Source: an uncultured Bacillota bacterium
Lineage (GTDB): Bacteria > Sysuimicrobiota > Sysuimicrobiia > Sysuimicrobiales > Segetimicrobiaceae
DNA: 64,000 bases
Assembly (NCBI GenBank): GCA_963787105.1
Contig: CAWBBU010000012.1
Span: 116,189-180,188 of the forward strand
Direction: 5' to 3'
Numbering within the stretch: position 1 is the first letter of the stretch; each line of letters starts with the position of its first letter. Of this stretch, positions 51,478-60,484 are shown in pieces. The notes beneath the pieces are model-generated. The model saw only the letters and a program-made list of their open reading frames with translations. It did no database searches and was not told where the DNA came from. The position numbers were made by a program, and so were the translations under genes.

Positions 51478-51969
51478 TCAGCATGTTCTGGGGATGCACG
51501 ACGTCGTCACCGTGTCCCGCGACGATCCGGTGAGGAACAGTGTGACGGTGAACGTCTCCCCATCCTCAAGGCCGACATTCGTGGAGGGAAACGAGACCAT
51601 CGCCGACCCCAGCCCCGATGCGGTGGTGGAGGCGGACTGGATGTAGAGGCTGGTTCCGGTGCCGTTGTTGAACCTCCAGTACCTGCCGTTCGGCTCGGTA
51701 AACCCGATCGCGGTGTTCGTAAAGCAGTTGATCCCGCTGCTCGTGAGGAGGGTGGGGTAGACGTTCTGCTCGTAGCACGAATACTCGAGCGCCGCCCACT
51801 CCTTGCCGATGGCGTTGCCCTCGGCGATCGCCGACTGGTTGCGTACGCCGAGATACGACGGCAGCGCGGCCGCGACCAGGAAGGCGAGCAGCGCCGCCAC
51901 GGCCACGAGCTCGATCAACGTGAAGCCGCGCTCGTTCGGCATCGGGTGGGCGTGGCGCCTAGACCGCAT
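51478..51969 (-). CDS. Type IV pilin, paralog of the adjacent pilA
   Basis: NERG|FTLIELVAV..ALPSYLG; C-terminal CIPRTC. Confidence 0.9.
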   Translation of the reverse strand: MRSRRHAHPMPNERGFTLIELVAVAALLAFLVAAALPSYLGVRNQSAIAEGNAIGKEWAALEYSCYEQNVYPTLLTSSGINCFTNTAIGFTEPNGRYWRFNNGTGTSLYIQSASTTASGLGSAMVSFPSTNVGLEDGETFTVTLFLTGSSRDTVTTSCIPRTC

Positions 51970-52014
51970 GCGTCCCAGTTCGCGCGGTGCCGCGCAATTC
52001 CCTTGGAAAACCAC

Positions 52015-52045
52015 CGGAGCCTCCGCCCATGGGGCGGAGGCTCCG
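52015..52045 (-). terminator. 14-bp perfect hairpin after pilA
   Basis: CGGAGCCTCCGCCC-ATG-GGGCGGAGGCTCCG, followed on the minus strand by GTGGTTTT. Confidence 0.7.
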
Positions 52046-52062
52046 CAGCGTGTCAGTGTCTG

Positions 52063-52530
52063 CTAGCAGCCAGCCGGAATACATGTGGCGGTTGACTGTC
52101 CTTGGGACGTGCCGCTGACGAACATCGTCACCGTATAGGTCTCGCCGTTCTCAAGCCCGACGTTGTTGGACGGCCACGACACGGTCAGGTCAGGAGCCGT
52201 CGTGCCGGACACCGTGCCGATGTTGTACGTCGCGCCCGGGGTGCCGGAGACCCAGTTCCAGTACTTGCCGGACTGCTCGTTGAACCCGATCGAGGCGTTG
52301 CTGTTGCACGAGTTCAGCGTCAACTGCTGCAGGTAGCAGCCGTAGGCCAGCGAGCGCCACTCCTGCGCCATGCCGTTTGCCTCGTCGATCGCGGCCTTGT
52401 TGCGGGCGCCGAGATACGAGGGCAGTGCCAGTGCGACGAGCAGAGCCAGAACCGCCGCGACCACGACCAACTCAATGAGCGTGAAGCCGCTTTCGTGAGA
52501 GCGCATGCCACGAGCCATCCGATTCAGCAT
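52063..52530 (-). CDS. pilA: Type IV pilin, probable major pilin
   Basis: HESG|FTLIELVVV..ALPSY. Has its own promoter region, a strong RBS and flanking hairpins. Confidence 0.88.
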   Translation of the reverse strand: MLNRMARGMRSHESGFTLIELVVVAAVLALLVALALPSYLGARNKAAIDEANGMAQEWRSLAYGCYLQQLTLNSCNSNASIGFNEQSGKYWNWVSGTPGATYNIGTVSGTTAPDLTVSWPSNNVGLENGETYTVTMFVSGTSQGQSTATCIPAGC

Positions 52531-52620
52531 CTATCCGTTCCCCCCTTTGTCTCTTCGCGGCGATCGCTGGAAGGTGCACGTCTCAGCGGCAACCGGGACG
52601 ATCCTCTTGTGCTACAACTG

Positions 52621-52685
52621 AGATTAAGTGATGTCGATCTATGCCAGCAATGGGACTTTCGGACGCAACTGGTACCTAAGGACTA
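52621..52685 (-). promoter_or_regulatory. pilA promoter (TTGCTG-N18-TAATCT) with two tandem NarL/DosR-like boxes
   Basis: TGGGACTTTCGGACGC (52651-52666) and TGGTACCTAAGGACTA (52670-52685) abut the -35. Confidence 0.5.
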
Positions 52686-52723
52686 GGTCAAACGCGCGTG
52701 GGAAGCGACGCGGAGCCTGCAGA

Positions 52724-52758
52724 GATCCGGCAGACCGCGCTCCGCGGTCTGCCGGATC
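52724..52758 (-). terminator. 16-bp perfect hairpin after pilC
   Basis: GATCCGGCAGACCGCG-CTC-CGCGGTCTGCCGGATC, 4 nt past the pilC stop. No U-tract. Confidence 0.65.
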
Positions 52759-52762
52759 GGTG

Positions 52763-53974
52763 CTAGTGGATCGCGCTCAGCAGGCGCCAGAGCGGTGAGA
52801 GAATAGAGACCGCGACGAAGCCGACGATTCCGCCGACGGTGACGATCATCACCGGTTCGAGGATCGAGGCGAACCGGTCGACCGTGTTGCCGACCTCGCG
52901 GTCGTAGAAATCCGCGATCTTGTCGAGGCTCTCCTCAAGCGCGCCGGTCTGTTCGCCGACGGCGACCATGTTCCAGAGCATCGGCGGGAAGAGGGTGTTC
53001 TGGCTCAGCGACGCGGAGATCGACTGGCCTTCGCGCACGTTGGCGGCCGTACTTTCCACCGCCTGCGCGACGATCGCGTTGCCCGAGGCCCGGGCGATGA
53101 TCTCCAGTCCCTGGACGATCGGCACACCGCTGCGGATGATCATCGCCAGCACGCGGGTAAACCGGGCGAGCGCGATCTTCTGCACGAGCTTGCCGACGAC
53201 AGGGATGTTGAGCATGACCATGTCGACGACCCGCCGCCCGCCGTTCGTGCGCCGCATCGCCATGATCGTGCCGACGATGGCGAGGAACACCGCCAGGCCG
53301 ATGTACCAGTATTTCTGCGCGCCTTTGCTGAACGCGATGAGGATCTGGGTCGGCAGGGGCAGCGAGACGTTCAGGGTGTCGAACAGTGTCGTGATCGTCG
53401 GCAGCACGAAGAACACGGCGCCCAATCCGACGGCGATCGATAGGCCCATGACGACGGAGGGGTACGCCGCCGCGGTCTTGATCCGCTGGATCAGCTCCAT
53501 GTCGCGCTCGACGTAGTCCGCCAGGTAGTTGAGGACCCGGTCGAGGGATCCGGCGGCCTCGCCGGCGCGCACGGTGTTGACGTACAGCGGGCTGAAGATC
53601 GCGGGATACTTGGCCATTTCACCCGACAGCGTGCCGCCGCCCTCGATGCCGATCCGGACGGCGTCGAGCACGTCCCGGAGCCGCAGGCTCTCGGTTTGGC
53701 GCGCGGCCACTTCGAGCCCGGTGACGAGCGGCAGGCCGGAGCCCACCATCGTCGCCAGCTGCCGGGTGAAGACGACGAGAAACTGCCGCGGCACCCCGGT
53801 CATCGTCCGCACTTGCTCGCCGACGGACGGCGCGACGATCTGCTCGCGCAGGAGCGTCGGCATGTACGACCGTTCGCGAAGCTGCGCGACGACCGCGCGC
53901 TCCGAATCCGCTTGGATGGTGCCCTCGATCATGCGTCCGCTCGCATCTCTCGCTCGGTACTGGTAGACAGGCAT
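52763..53974 (-). CDS. pilC: Type IV pilus platform protein PilC
   Basis: FTRQLATMVGSGLPL, AGEAAGSLD, VGEQTGALE, LEPVMI. Confidence 0.96.
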   Translation of the reverse strand: MPVYQYRARDASGRMIEGTIQADSERAVVAQLRERSYMPTLLREQIVAPSVGEQVRTMTGVPRQFLVVFTRQLATMVGSGLPLVTGLEVAARQTESLRLRDVLDAVRIGIEGGGTLSGEMAKYPAIFSPLYVNTVRAGEAAGSLDRVLNYLADYVERDMELIQRIKTAAAYPSVVMGLSIAVGLGAVFFVLPTITTLFDTLNVSLPLPTQILIAFSKGAQKYWYIGLAVFLAIVGTIMAMRRTNGGRRVVDMVMLNIPVVGKLVQKIALARFTRVLAMIIRSGVPIVQGLEIIARASGNAIVAQAVESTAANVREGQSISASLSQNTLFPPMLWNMVAVGEQTGALEESLDKIADFYDREVGNTVDRFASILEPVMIVTVGGIVGFVAVSILSPLWRLLSAIH

Positions 53975-53987
53975 CGATGGGTCCCCC

Positions 53988-55325
53988 TTACGCGCGTACG
54001 GGTTCGAGCCGTCGTACGGCGGGCTCCGTGAAGACGGCCCGACGCGACGCCAGCGCAGCGGTGAAGCCGACAAACGTCCAAAATACATTCGCGGGACCGA
54101 TGTGCGTCCACCCGAACTGGGCCCACACCAAGTACGCAAGGAGTCCGCAGCCGAGCCCGACGGCCATCCGGACGTCGACGTCCGGACGCGTCCGTGTCCA
54201 CACGAGCCGCGCGACCGACTGCAACGTCACGAGCCAGACCCACGCGTACGCGGCCAGGCCGGCGAGGCCCGTGCTGAACGCGATGTGCAGCACGTCGTTG
54301 TGGGCGACATCCACGATGAGATCGTCACTGCCCATCACACGCCGATACTCCTCCGTGCCGATCCCGGGGAGCCGTCCGGCGAGGTTGTTGAAGCCCCAGC
54401 CGAAGAGCGGCCGCTCCTCGATCAGGGGAATGATGTGCGTCCAAATGTACATCTTTTGCCTGAGCGAGGAGTCGCCGGTGTTGAACGACGACAGCGCCCG
54501 GGTGGCGAGGGGGATCGGCTGCGTCGGCATCATCACGGCCGTGATCGCGGCGAACAGGCCCGCCAGGATGAGCAGCCGGCGCGTGCGCTCGCCGCCCCGC
54601 AGGTACCAGGCGAGGACCGGTGTGATGAACGCGAACGGGATCCACGCCGCACGGGTCTCCGAGGCGAGGAGCGCGGCGTACAGCACGCTCGAGACCCCGG
54701 CGAGCACCCACCACCGCGCGCCACGAATTCCCACGGCCACCGCGATCGCGAGCGGCAGCACCAAGCACAGATACCCGCCGAGGAGAATCGGGTTCGCAAG
54801 CGTCCCCCATCCGCGCGCGCCAAACTGCAGTCCGACCCCGCCGATCCACAGCGCGGGCGGGAGGAGATAGTACTGGCCGATCGCGAGGATGCACGTCGCC
54901 GTGCCCGTGGCGAAGATCCAGGACAGCACGATCCGGACCTCCCGGGACGTGAATCGGGCGGCGGCCAGGGCGGTGCCGACGTACGCGGCGTAGATCGGCA
55001 GCCCCTCGCCGCGAATGGCGTTGGGAATGAGACTCACCTTGAAATTGGCGGAGAACACGGTGGCGAGCGTGCAGAAGAGGAGGAAGGTGACCGCGGGGAC
55101 GTCGATCGGCCGCGGCTCGATGCGGCCGCCCGCTCTGACGAAGGCGAAGATCCCGAGGGCGAATCCCGGCAGTACGATCCACGTCGTGGTGATCGCCTTG
55201 AGATCGTTGGTGGGGCACAGGAGGATGATCGCGGAGAACATGATGACGCTCGCGACGATCACCCACCGGCCGACGGCCTCCCCGGCCGTTCCCGCCGCGA
55301 ACGCGATGGCCCGGCTACTCGACAT
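53988..55325 (-). CDS. O-antigen ligase / Wzy_C family membrane protein (candidate pilin O-oligosaccharyltransferase)
   Basis: GTLANP, ASETRAAW, ERPLFGWG, AHNDVL. Lies between pilB and pilC. Confidence 0.85.
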   Translation of the reverse strand: MSSSRAIAFAAGTAGEAVGRWVIVASVIMFSAIILLCPTNDLKAITTTWIVLPGFALGIFAFVRAGGRIEPRPIDVPAVTFLLFCTLATVFSANFKVSLIPNAIRGEGLPIYAAYVGTALAAARFTSREVRIVLSWIFATGTATCILAIGQYYLLPPALWIGGVGLQFGARGWGTLANPILLGGYLCLVLPLAIAVAVGIRGARWWVLAGVSSVLYAALLASETRAAWIPFAFITPVLAWYLRGGERTRRLLILAGLFAAITAVMMPTQPIPLATRALSSFNTGDSSLRQKMYIWTHIIPLIEERPLFGWGFNNLAGRLPGIGTEEYRRVMGSDDLIVDVAHNDVLHIAFSTGLAGLAAYAWVWLVTLQSVARLVWTRTRPDVDVRMAVGLGCGLLAYLVWAQFGWTHIGPANVFWTFVGFTAALASRRAVFTEPAVRRLEPVRA

Positions 55326-57027
55326 CGACGACCCGCGTGACGCGCAGCACCTCTTCCATTGTGGTGACCCCGGCCGCGACCTTCGCGAGGCCGTCGTCCC
55401 GCATCGTGCGCATCCCGGCCTGCTGCGCGGTTTCCAAGATCTCGGTCGCGGACGCGCGGCGCAGAATGAGCTGCCGGATCGGATTGTTCACGACGAGCAT
55501 CTCGAAGATGCCGGTCCGGCCCGCGTACCCGGTGTACCGGCAGTACACGCAGCCGACCGGTTCGTGGATCTGGACCGTCGGCTCCGGGCCGATCGCGGCG
55601 CGGATATCCTTCTCGGCGGCTTCTACCGTTCCCGCGGGGGCGAGCCGCTTGCAGTGCGGGCACAGCACGCGCACGAGGCGCTGGGCGATCGCGGACACAA
55701 GAGAGGACGTGATCAAGAACGGCTCGATTCCCATGTCGAGAAGCCGGGTCGCGACCGACGGCGCGTCGTTCGTGTGGATCGTCGAGAACACAAGGTGTCC
55801 GGTGAGCGACGCGTGGATCGCGATCTCCGCGGTCTCGACGTCTCGGATCTCACCGACCATGATGATGTCGGGGTCCTGCCGCACGATCGCACGGAGGGCG
55901 GTCGCAAACGTCAGGCCGGCCCGCGGATTGACCGCCATCTGGTTGACGCCCGGGATCTGATACTCGACCGGGTCCTCGACCGTGATGATGTTGTCGTCAA
56001 GCGTGTTCAACTGCGCGATGCTGCTGACGAGCGTCGTCGTCTTGCCGCTTCCGGTGGGTCCCGACACGAGAATGATGCCCCAGGGCAACCGGATCAACCG
56101 CTCGAAGCGCTCGCGCAGCTCCGGCCCCATGCCGATCTGCTCGAGTGAGAGGATCGTGTCGGCTTTGTCGAGGAGCCGCAGCACCACGCGCTCGCCGTGC
56201 ACCGTCGGAATCGAGGACATCCGGACGTCGACCGTCTTCCCGTTGCCCGCCATCTGGAACGAGCCGTCCTGCGGCGCGCGCCGCTCGGCCACGTTCATCC
56301 GCGCGAGCACCTTGAAGCGCGCGATCAGCGGGACGGACGCGTTGCGCGGGATCGTCATCACCGTTTGAAGAATGCCGTCAATCCGATACCGCACGCGGAC
56401 CGAGGTCTCCATCGGCTCGATGTGGATGTCGCTCGCCCGGTCGCGCATTCCGCGCGTGACGATCAGGTCGGCGAGCCGGATGACGGGCGCGTCGGTGCGC
56501 TCGAGCGCCGAGCCGACGTCCTCCTCGTCGTCCGCCTCCGAGACCGCGCCCGGCCGCGCGGCGATCTCTTCGAGCAGCCCCTTGGCGCGGTCGCCCATGC
56601 CGTACGAGATCTCGATCGCGGACGCGATCTCAGTTTCCGTCGTCACGACCGGGGCGACGATCATGCCGGTCGCGATCGCGACGTCATCGAGCGCGACGAC
56701 GTCCAGCGGGTCGGACATCGCGAGCATCAATCGGGTGCCGTCGCGCCGAATGGGGAGGACGCTGTACTTGCGGGCGAGGGACTCGGGGAGCAGCGCGACG
56801 GCTGCCGGATCGATGTCCTGGTGCCGGAAATCCATCATCGGCAGCTCGAGCTGCTGGCTGAGTCCGTGCGCGATCTGGTCCTCGCTGACCCCGACCGCGA
56901 CCAGGGCACGACCCAGCCGCTCACCAGTGCGCTGCTGCCGTTCGAGCGCCTGCGTGAGCTGCTCCGGGGTGACCAGTCCCATCTCAGACAGGACTTCCCC
57001 GATGCGTTTCCGCTGCTGTCTCACCAT
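55315..57027 (-). CDS. pilB: Type IV pilus extension ATPase PilB with N-terminal MshEN motif
   Basis: RIGEVLSEMGLV..LTQALERQ..RLGRALV; ASDIHIEP; GPTGSGKTT; RQDPDII; CPHC..CVYC. Confidence 0.96.
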   Translation of the reverse strand: MVRQQRKRIGEVLSEMGLVTPEQLTQALERQQRTGERLGRALVAVGVSEDQIAHGLSQQLELPMMDFRHQDIDPAAVALLPESLARKYSVLPIRRDGTRLMLAMSDPLDVVALDDVAIATGMIVAPVVTTETEIASAIEISYGMGDRAKGLLEEIAARPGAVSEADDEEDVGSALERTDAPVIRLADLIVTRGMRDRASDIHIEPMETSVRVRYRIDGILQTVMTIPRNASVPLIARFKVLARMNVAERRAPQDGSFQMAGNGKTVDVRMSSIPTVHGERVVLRLLDKADTILSLEQIGMGPELRERFERLIRLPWGIILVSGPTGSGKTTTLVSSIAQLNTLDDNIITVEDPVEYQIPGVNQMAVNPRAGLTFATALRAIVRQDPDIIMVGEIRDVETAEIAIHASLTGHLVFSTIHTNDAPSVATRLLDMGIEPFLITSSLVSAIAQRLVRVLCPHCKRLAPAGTVEAAEKDIRAAIGPEPTVQIHEPVGCVYCRYTGYAGRTGIFEMLVVNNPIRQLILRRASATEILETAQQAGMRTMRDDGLAKVAAGVTTMEEVLRVTRVVDVE

Positions 57028-57074
57028 ACCAGAATCACCATACCGGTCCTGTCAGCCGCACCCGCCGAGGTTCG

Positions 57075-57103
57075 ATTCGACAACGACTGTAGCCTACGCC
57101 TTC
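57075..57103 (-). promoter_or_regulatory. SigH-like promoter candidate for pilB (GAAGG-N20-GAAT)
   Basis: Minus-strand GAAGGCGTAGGCTACAGTCGTTGTCGAAT. Confidence 0.55.
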
Positions 57104-57187
57104 TCGGTTTCGGCCGCAATGGGCTGTTCGGCCGGGAGGTGGCCAAACGCCCTAGAGGCGCGCCCGACGCAGTGCCGGGGCGCGCCG

Positions 57188-58546
57188 TCATCCGGGCATC
57201 ACGACGGTTTTAGGATCCACGCCGATGGCCCGCCCGTCAAGTTCCGCGGTGATCCGCCGATCGGGACTCCCCCCCATTTCGACCATTATACCCCGTGGCG
57301 CCTGCCCGTGGACGTCAACGGCTCGAACCGCCGGCCGGTCGGGCTGGTCCGACTCCGCCACGACCACGCCGACCAGGCCATCGTCCAGCCGCACCACGGT
57401 CCCGACCGGGAACAGGCCCCAGGCGTGCACAAACGCGGCGACGAGCCCCGGGTCGTACGTCGTCCCGGCCCCCGCCAGGAGCGCGCGCACCATCTCGTGC
57501 GGCCGACGCCCCGGCAGGGGCGTGCGCGCGTTCGTCTGGGCGTCGTACGCGTCCGCGATGGCGACGACGCGGGAGAACGGGTGCTGCGCCAGATAGCCGC
57601 CGCGCTCATGGGCGTGGTGCTCGAGTGCCGCGACCGTGGCGGCCCGGTCCCACCCGGTCGCGTCGCGAAGAAGATAGGCGCCGGCGTAGGCGTGCCACGG
57701 TTCGGCGTGCTCCCCGCGCTCAAGGGGCACGCGCTCAGACGCGGCGAGCCCGAGATCATGCAGATATCCGGCGAGCCCGAGCGCCTGCAGCGCGCGGTCC
57801 GTGAGGCCGGCCTGCGCGCCGAGCATCAGACTGAGGAGCGCGACGTTGACGGCGTGGTACGGGCTGTCCTCACCGTGCTCACCCGACGCGATCAGCCGAG
57901 CGATGTCCGCCCGCGACCGCGCGAGCACTTGCACGAGCGCCTCGATGACGAACTGCGCGCGCAGGGGGTCCAGCGTGTCCTCGGCGCGGGCGTCGGCGGC
58001 GGTCTCCGCGTACGTTTCCGCCGCCCAGCGGTAGAGGTCCATCGGGGTGCCGTGCACGACGTCTTCCTGGGAGGAGCCCCACATCTTGGGCGGTCCGAAG
58101 ACGACCTGCGTGATGCCCGCCGCCGTCATGGCGTCGCGGAGCCCGCCTTCCATAATGAGTTCCTCGGGCTCCATCGCAAACAGCGTGGCGGCCCGCGCGA
58201 AGTCTTCGCGGGTGACCCCGCGGAGCAGGTCGAGACTGCCCACGCCGTGCGCGACCGCGTGCGCCGTGAACTCGGCGATGAAGAGGGGGTCGGCGGTCAG
58301 CGGCTGGCGGTTCGCGAGGACGGTGCCTCCCCAAATGTCGTAGCGGATCGCACGCCGGTGCTCGAGCGCCGTGGCGGCGACGCCGGACAGCGAGTCGAGC
58401 GCGGACATCACGGTCGGATGGCCGGGAGGGTACAGCCGGGTGTTCCGTCCGGCCGAGACAAACAGCTTCAGGATCGACAAGAGCTGCCGGTGCGGGATCT
58501 CCGGGGGCGGCGTGGTGGGCCGTGCGGGCTCGCGCGTGGCCATCAC
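57188..58546 (-). CDS. HD-GYP-like protein (HD intact, GYP degenerate) with N-terminal LYPxxH domain
   Basis: YHAVNVA, LHDLG, EHHAHERGGYL, RVVAIADAYDA, FPVGTVVRL. Confidence 0.85.
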   Translation of the reverse strand: MMATREPARPTTPPPEIPHRQLLSILKLFVSAGRNTRLYPPGHPTVMSALDSLSGVAATALEHRRAIRYDIWGGTVLANRQPLTADPLFIAEFTAHAVAHGVGSLDLLRGVTREDFARAATLFAMEPEELIMEGGLRDAMTAAGITQVVFGPPKMWGSSQEDVVHGTPMDLYRWAAETYAETAADARAEDTLDPLRAQFVIEALVQVLARSRADIARLIASGEHGEDSPYHAVNVALLSLMLGAQAGLTDRALQALGLAGYLHDLGLAASERVPLERGEHAEPWHAYAGAYLLRDATGWDRAATVAALEHHAHERGGYLAQHPFSRVVAIADAYDAQTNARTPLPGRRPHEMVRALLAGAGTTYDPGLVAAFVHAWGLFPVGTVVRLDDGLVGVVVAESDQPDRPAVRAVDVHGQAPRGIMVEMGGSPDRRITAELDGRAIGVDPKTVVMPG

Positions 58547-60447
58547 GGGACCGACGACGCGCCGGTCCGCCGCGCCCGGGTCTGAATCTCACGGATCGCC
58601 TCTTCGGCGGCGCGGCGCAGCGTGCGCTGCTTCGGAGACATGAGCGGCATGGACGTCTTGACGAACGGTTCGAGGACCGGAAGGGCGTCGGGCGTGCCGA
58701 CCTGCCCCAGCGCGACGATGATCTCGAGATGGACGGCGTATTCGTGCGGCAGGGAATCCTGCCCGCTGAGTGCGCGGATCAGGAGGGCCTGCGCTTCGGG
58801 CGTGCCAACGATGCCGAGCTGCGCGGCGACGGTCCGCCGCGTCTCCGCGTCTCCCTCGAGCAGGGTGGTGCTGACCAGCGCCGTCGCTTCCGGGGTGCCC
58901 CACGCGGCGAGTACGCGGACGGCTTCGCGCCGCACGCGCAGGTCCGAGTGCTGGAGCAGGCGTCCGATCTGCCGCAGTGTCCCCGGCTCGTGCATCTCTT
59001 CGAGGACGTCGACCGCGCCGCGCACGAGCCGCCAGTCGGGATCTCCGAGGCGCGATGTGACCGTGGCGATGTCGGCGCGGCCCATGCGCGCGGCGGTTCT
59101 ACAGATCGCCTTCCGCACGGTCGACCGCTCCTCGGTGGCCAACGTGTCGAGCAGGACCGGCAAGAGATCGCCACGCAGCGCATCCCAGAACTCCTCGACG
59201 GCCGCGGGGGCCGCCTCCCGGTCGCTCGCCGACGCCGGTTCAACGAACCGCATCATGAGCTCGCGGGGGAGCAGTTTTCGGAGGAACGCGTGCCCGGCCG
59301 GTGAGTCGTGCTGCGCCAGCGCCTCGTGCAGCTCAATGAACAGCCGCGCCAACTGGCCCAAATCTCGATCCACGGGAAGGTACGTCATCTCGCGCTCGAT
59401 CGCGGCCTTGACCGGCTCCGCGGTCTCCGGCGGCATGAGGCGGAGCACGCTCGACAGGGCGCGCACGCCCTCGAGCCGGACGCCGGCCTCGTCGACGTCG
59501 GTCAGTTCCGAGAATTCGAGGACGGCGGGCAGGTCGCTTTCGACCGGCAGCGCGCCATTCGGGTCGCTCGGCGCGGCCGGGGCCGCCGCCGCTCCCGTGG
59601 CGCCGGCGCTCTGGATGGCGGCGGCAAGCGGATCCTCCGACGCGCGTCCGGCGATGAGCGCGCGCAGCGCATCCGCCTCCGGCCCGACGGACGCCGCGAG
59701 CGCCTGCGCCAGGTTGCGGTACAGGGCCGGACGGTCCTGCGGAAGCGCGTTGATGATCGCGCGCTCGGCACCGCGCAGGCCCGCGAACGCCGCGTCGGCA
59801 CGCGCCTGCGGCGTGCCTTGCGGGCCGGCGGTCAACAGGGCCTGGACCACGCGCACGGCCTGTTCCGGGTCGTTGAGCGGCGGGGGCACGTCTTCGCGCC
59901 GCGGCGCGCGTTCGACCGCGCGGTCGAGCGTGGCCGGCAGGTTCGCCGGCGCGTCTGGCCGTCCGACGGCGGCGGCACCCGTCTCTTGGAACGCGAGATG
60001 CTCGACTTTGCGGTCGCGGAACAGCGGCGCGACACCGCCGGCGGCCTGCACGTTTCCAATCGGCATCGTCAGGATGGTGAGAAGATGCTGGATCTCCTCC
60101 GCGTCGATCCCCCGGAGAAATGACAGGCGCTTCACGCCGCGCGCGTCGAGGCTGAACACGAGCGGGGTGATCGTGGCGTCCTCGCGCACCTGATCCTCAA
60201 AGTCCAGGACGAACGACGAGCGCCGGGTTTCGAGGACCAGCGGGCCATACTGCTCGATATATTTGTCGACGGTTTCGAGGAATCGATCGATGGGTTCCAT
60301 GGTGTTGCGGTGCTGGAAGCTGTACAGCTGACTGGCTTTTAGCGCGGTCGCGAGACGCCTGAGCGCCAGCTGTGCTTCGCGAAGCCGGTCGGCACCTTCT
60401 GGTCCCGGGCCCGAGGTCTGTACGGTGTATGCGCATACCGTTCTCAC
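58543..60447 (-). CDS. HEAT-repeat protein with N-terminal LYxxxH domain
   Basis: LGDPDWRLVRGAV, HSDLRVRREAV, IIVALGQVGT. Overlaps the start of the HD gene. Confidence 0.85.
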   Translation of the reverse strand: MRTVCAYTVQTSGPGPEGADRLREAQLALRRLATALKASQLYSFQHRNTMEPIDRFLETVDKYIEQYGPLVLETRRSSFVLDFEDQVREDATITPLVFSLDARGVKRLSFLRGIDAEEIQHLLTILTMPIGNVQAAGGVAPLFRDRKVEHLAFQETGAAAVGRPDAPANLPATLDRAVERAPRREDVPPPLNDPEQAVRVVQALLTAGPQGTPQARADAAFAGLRGAERAIINALPQDRPALYRNLAQALAASVGPEADALRALIAGRASEDPLAAAIQSAGATGAAAAPAAPSDPNGALPVESDLPAVLEFSELTDVDEAGVRLEGVRALSSVLRLMPPETAEPVKAAIEREMTYLPVDRDLGQLARLFIELHEALAQHDSPAGHAFLRKLLPRELMMRFVEPASASDREAAPAAVEEFWDALRGDLLPVLLDTLATEERSTVRKAICRTAARMGRADIATVTSRLGDPDWRLVRGAVDVLEEMHEPGTLRQIGRLLQHSDLRVRREAVRVLAAWGTPEATALVSTTLLEGDAETRRTVAAQLGIVGTPEAQALLIRALSGQDSLPHEYAVHLEIIVALGQVGTPDALPVLEPFVKTSMPLMSPKQRTLRRAAEEAIREIQTRARRTGASSVP

Positions 60448-60484
60448 GCGCCCGGGTGCCGCTAGCGTCCGGAGGAGCCGTCCC

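Noticed and set aside
51478-52530. Conductive e-pilin idea (13/140 and 16/148 aromatic residues by my count)
   Set aside because: Aromatic fraction alone is weak evidence, and the window has no multiheme cytochrome genes.
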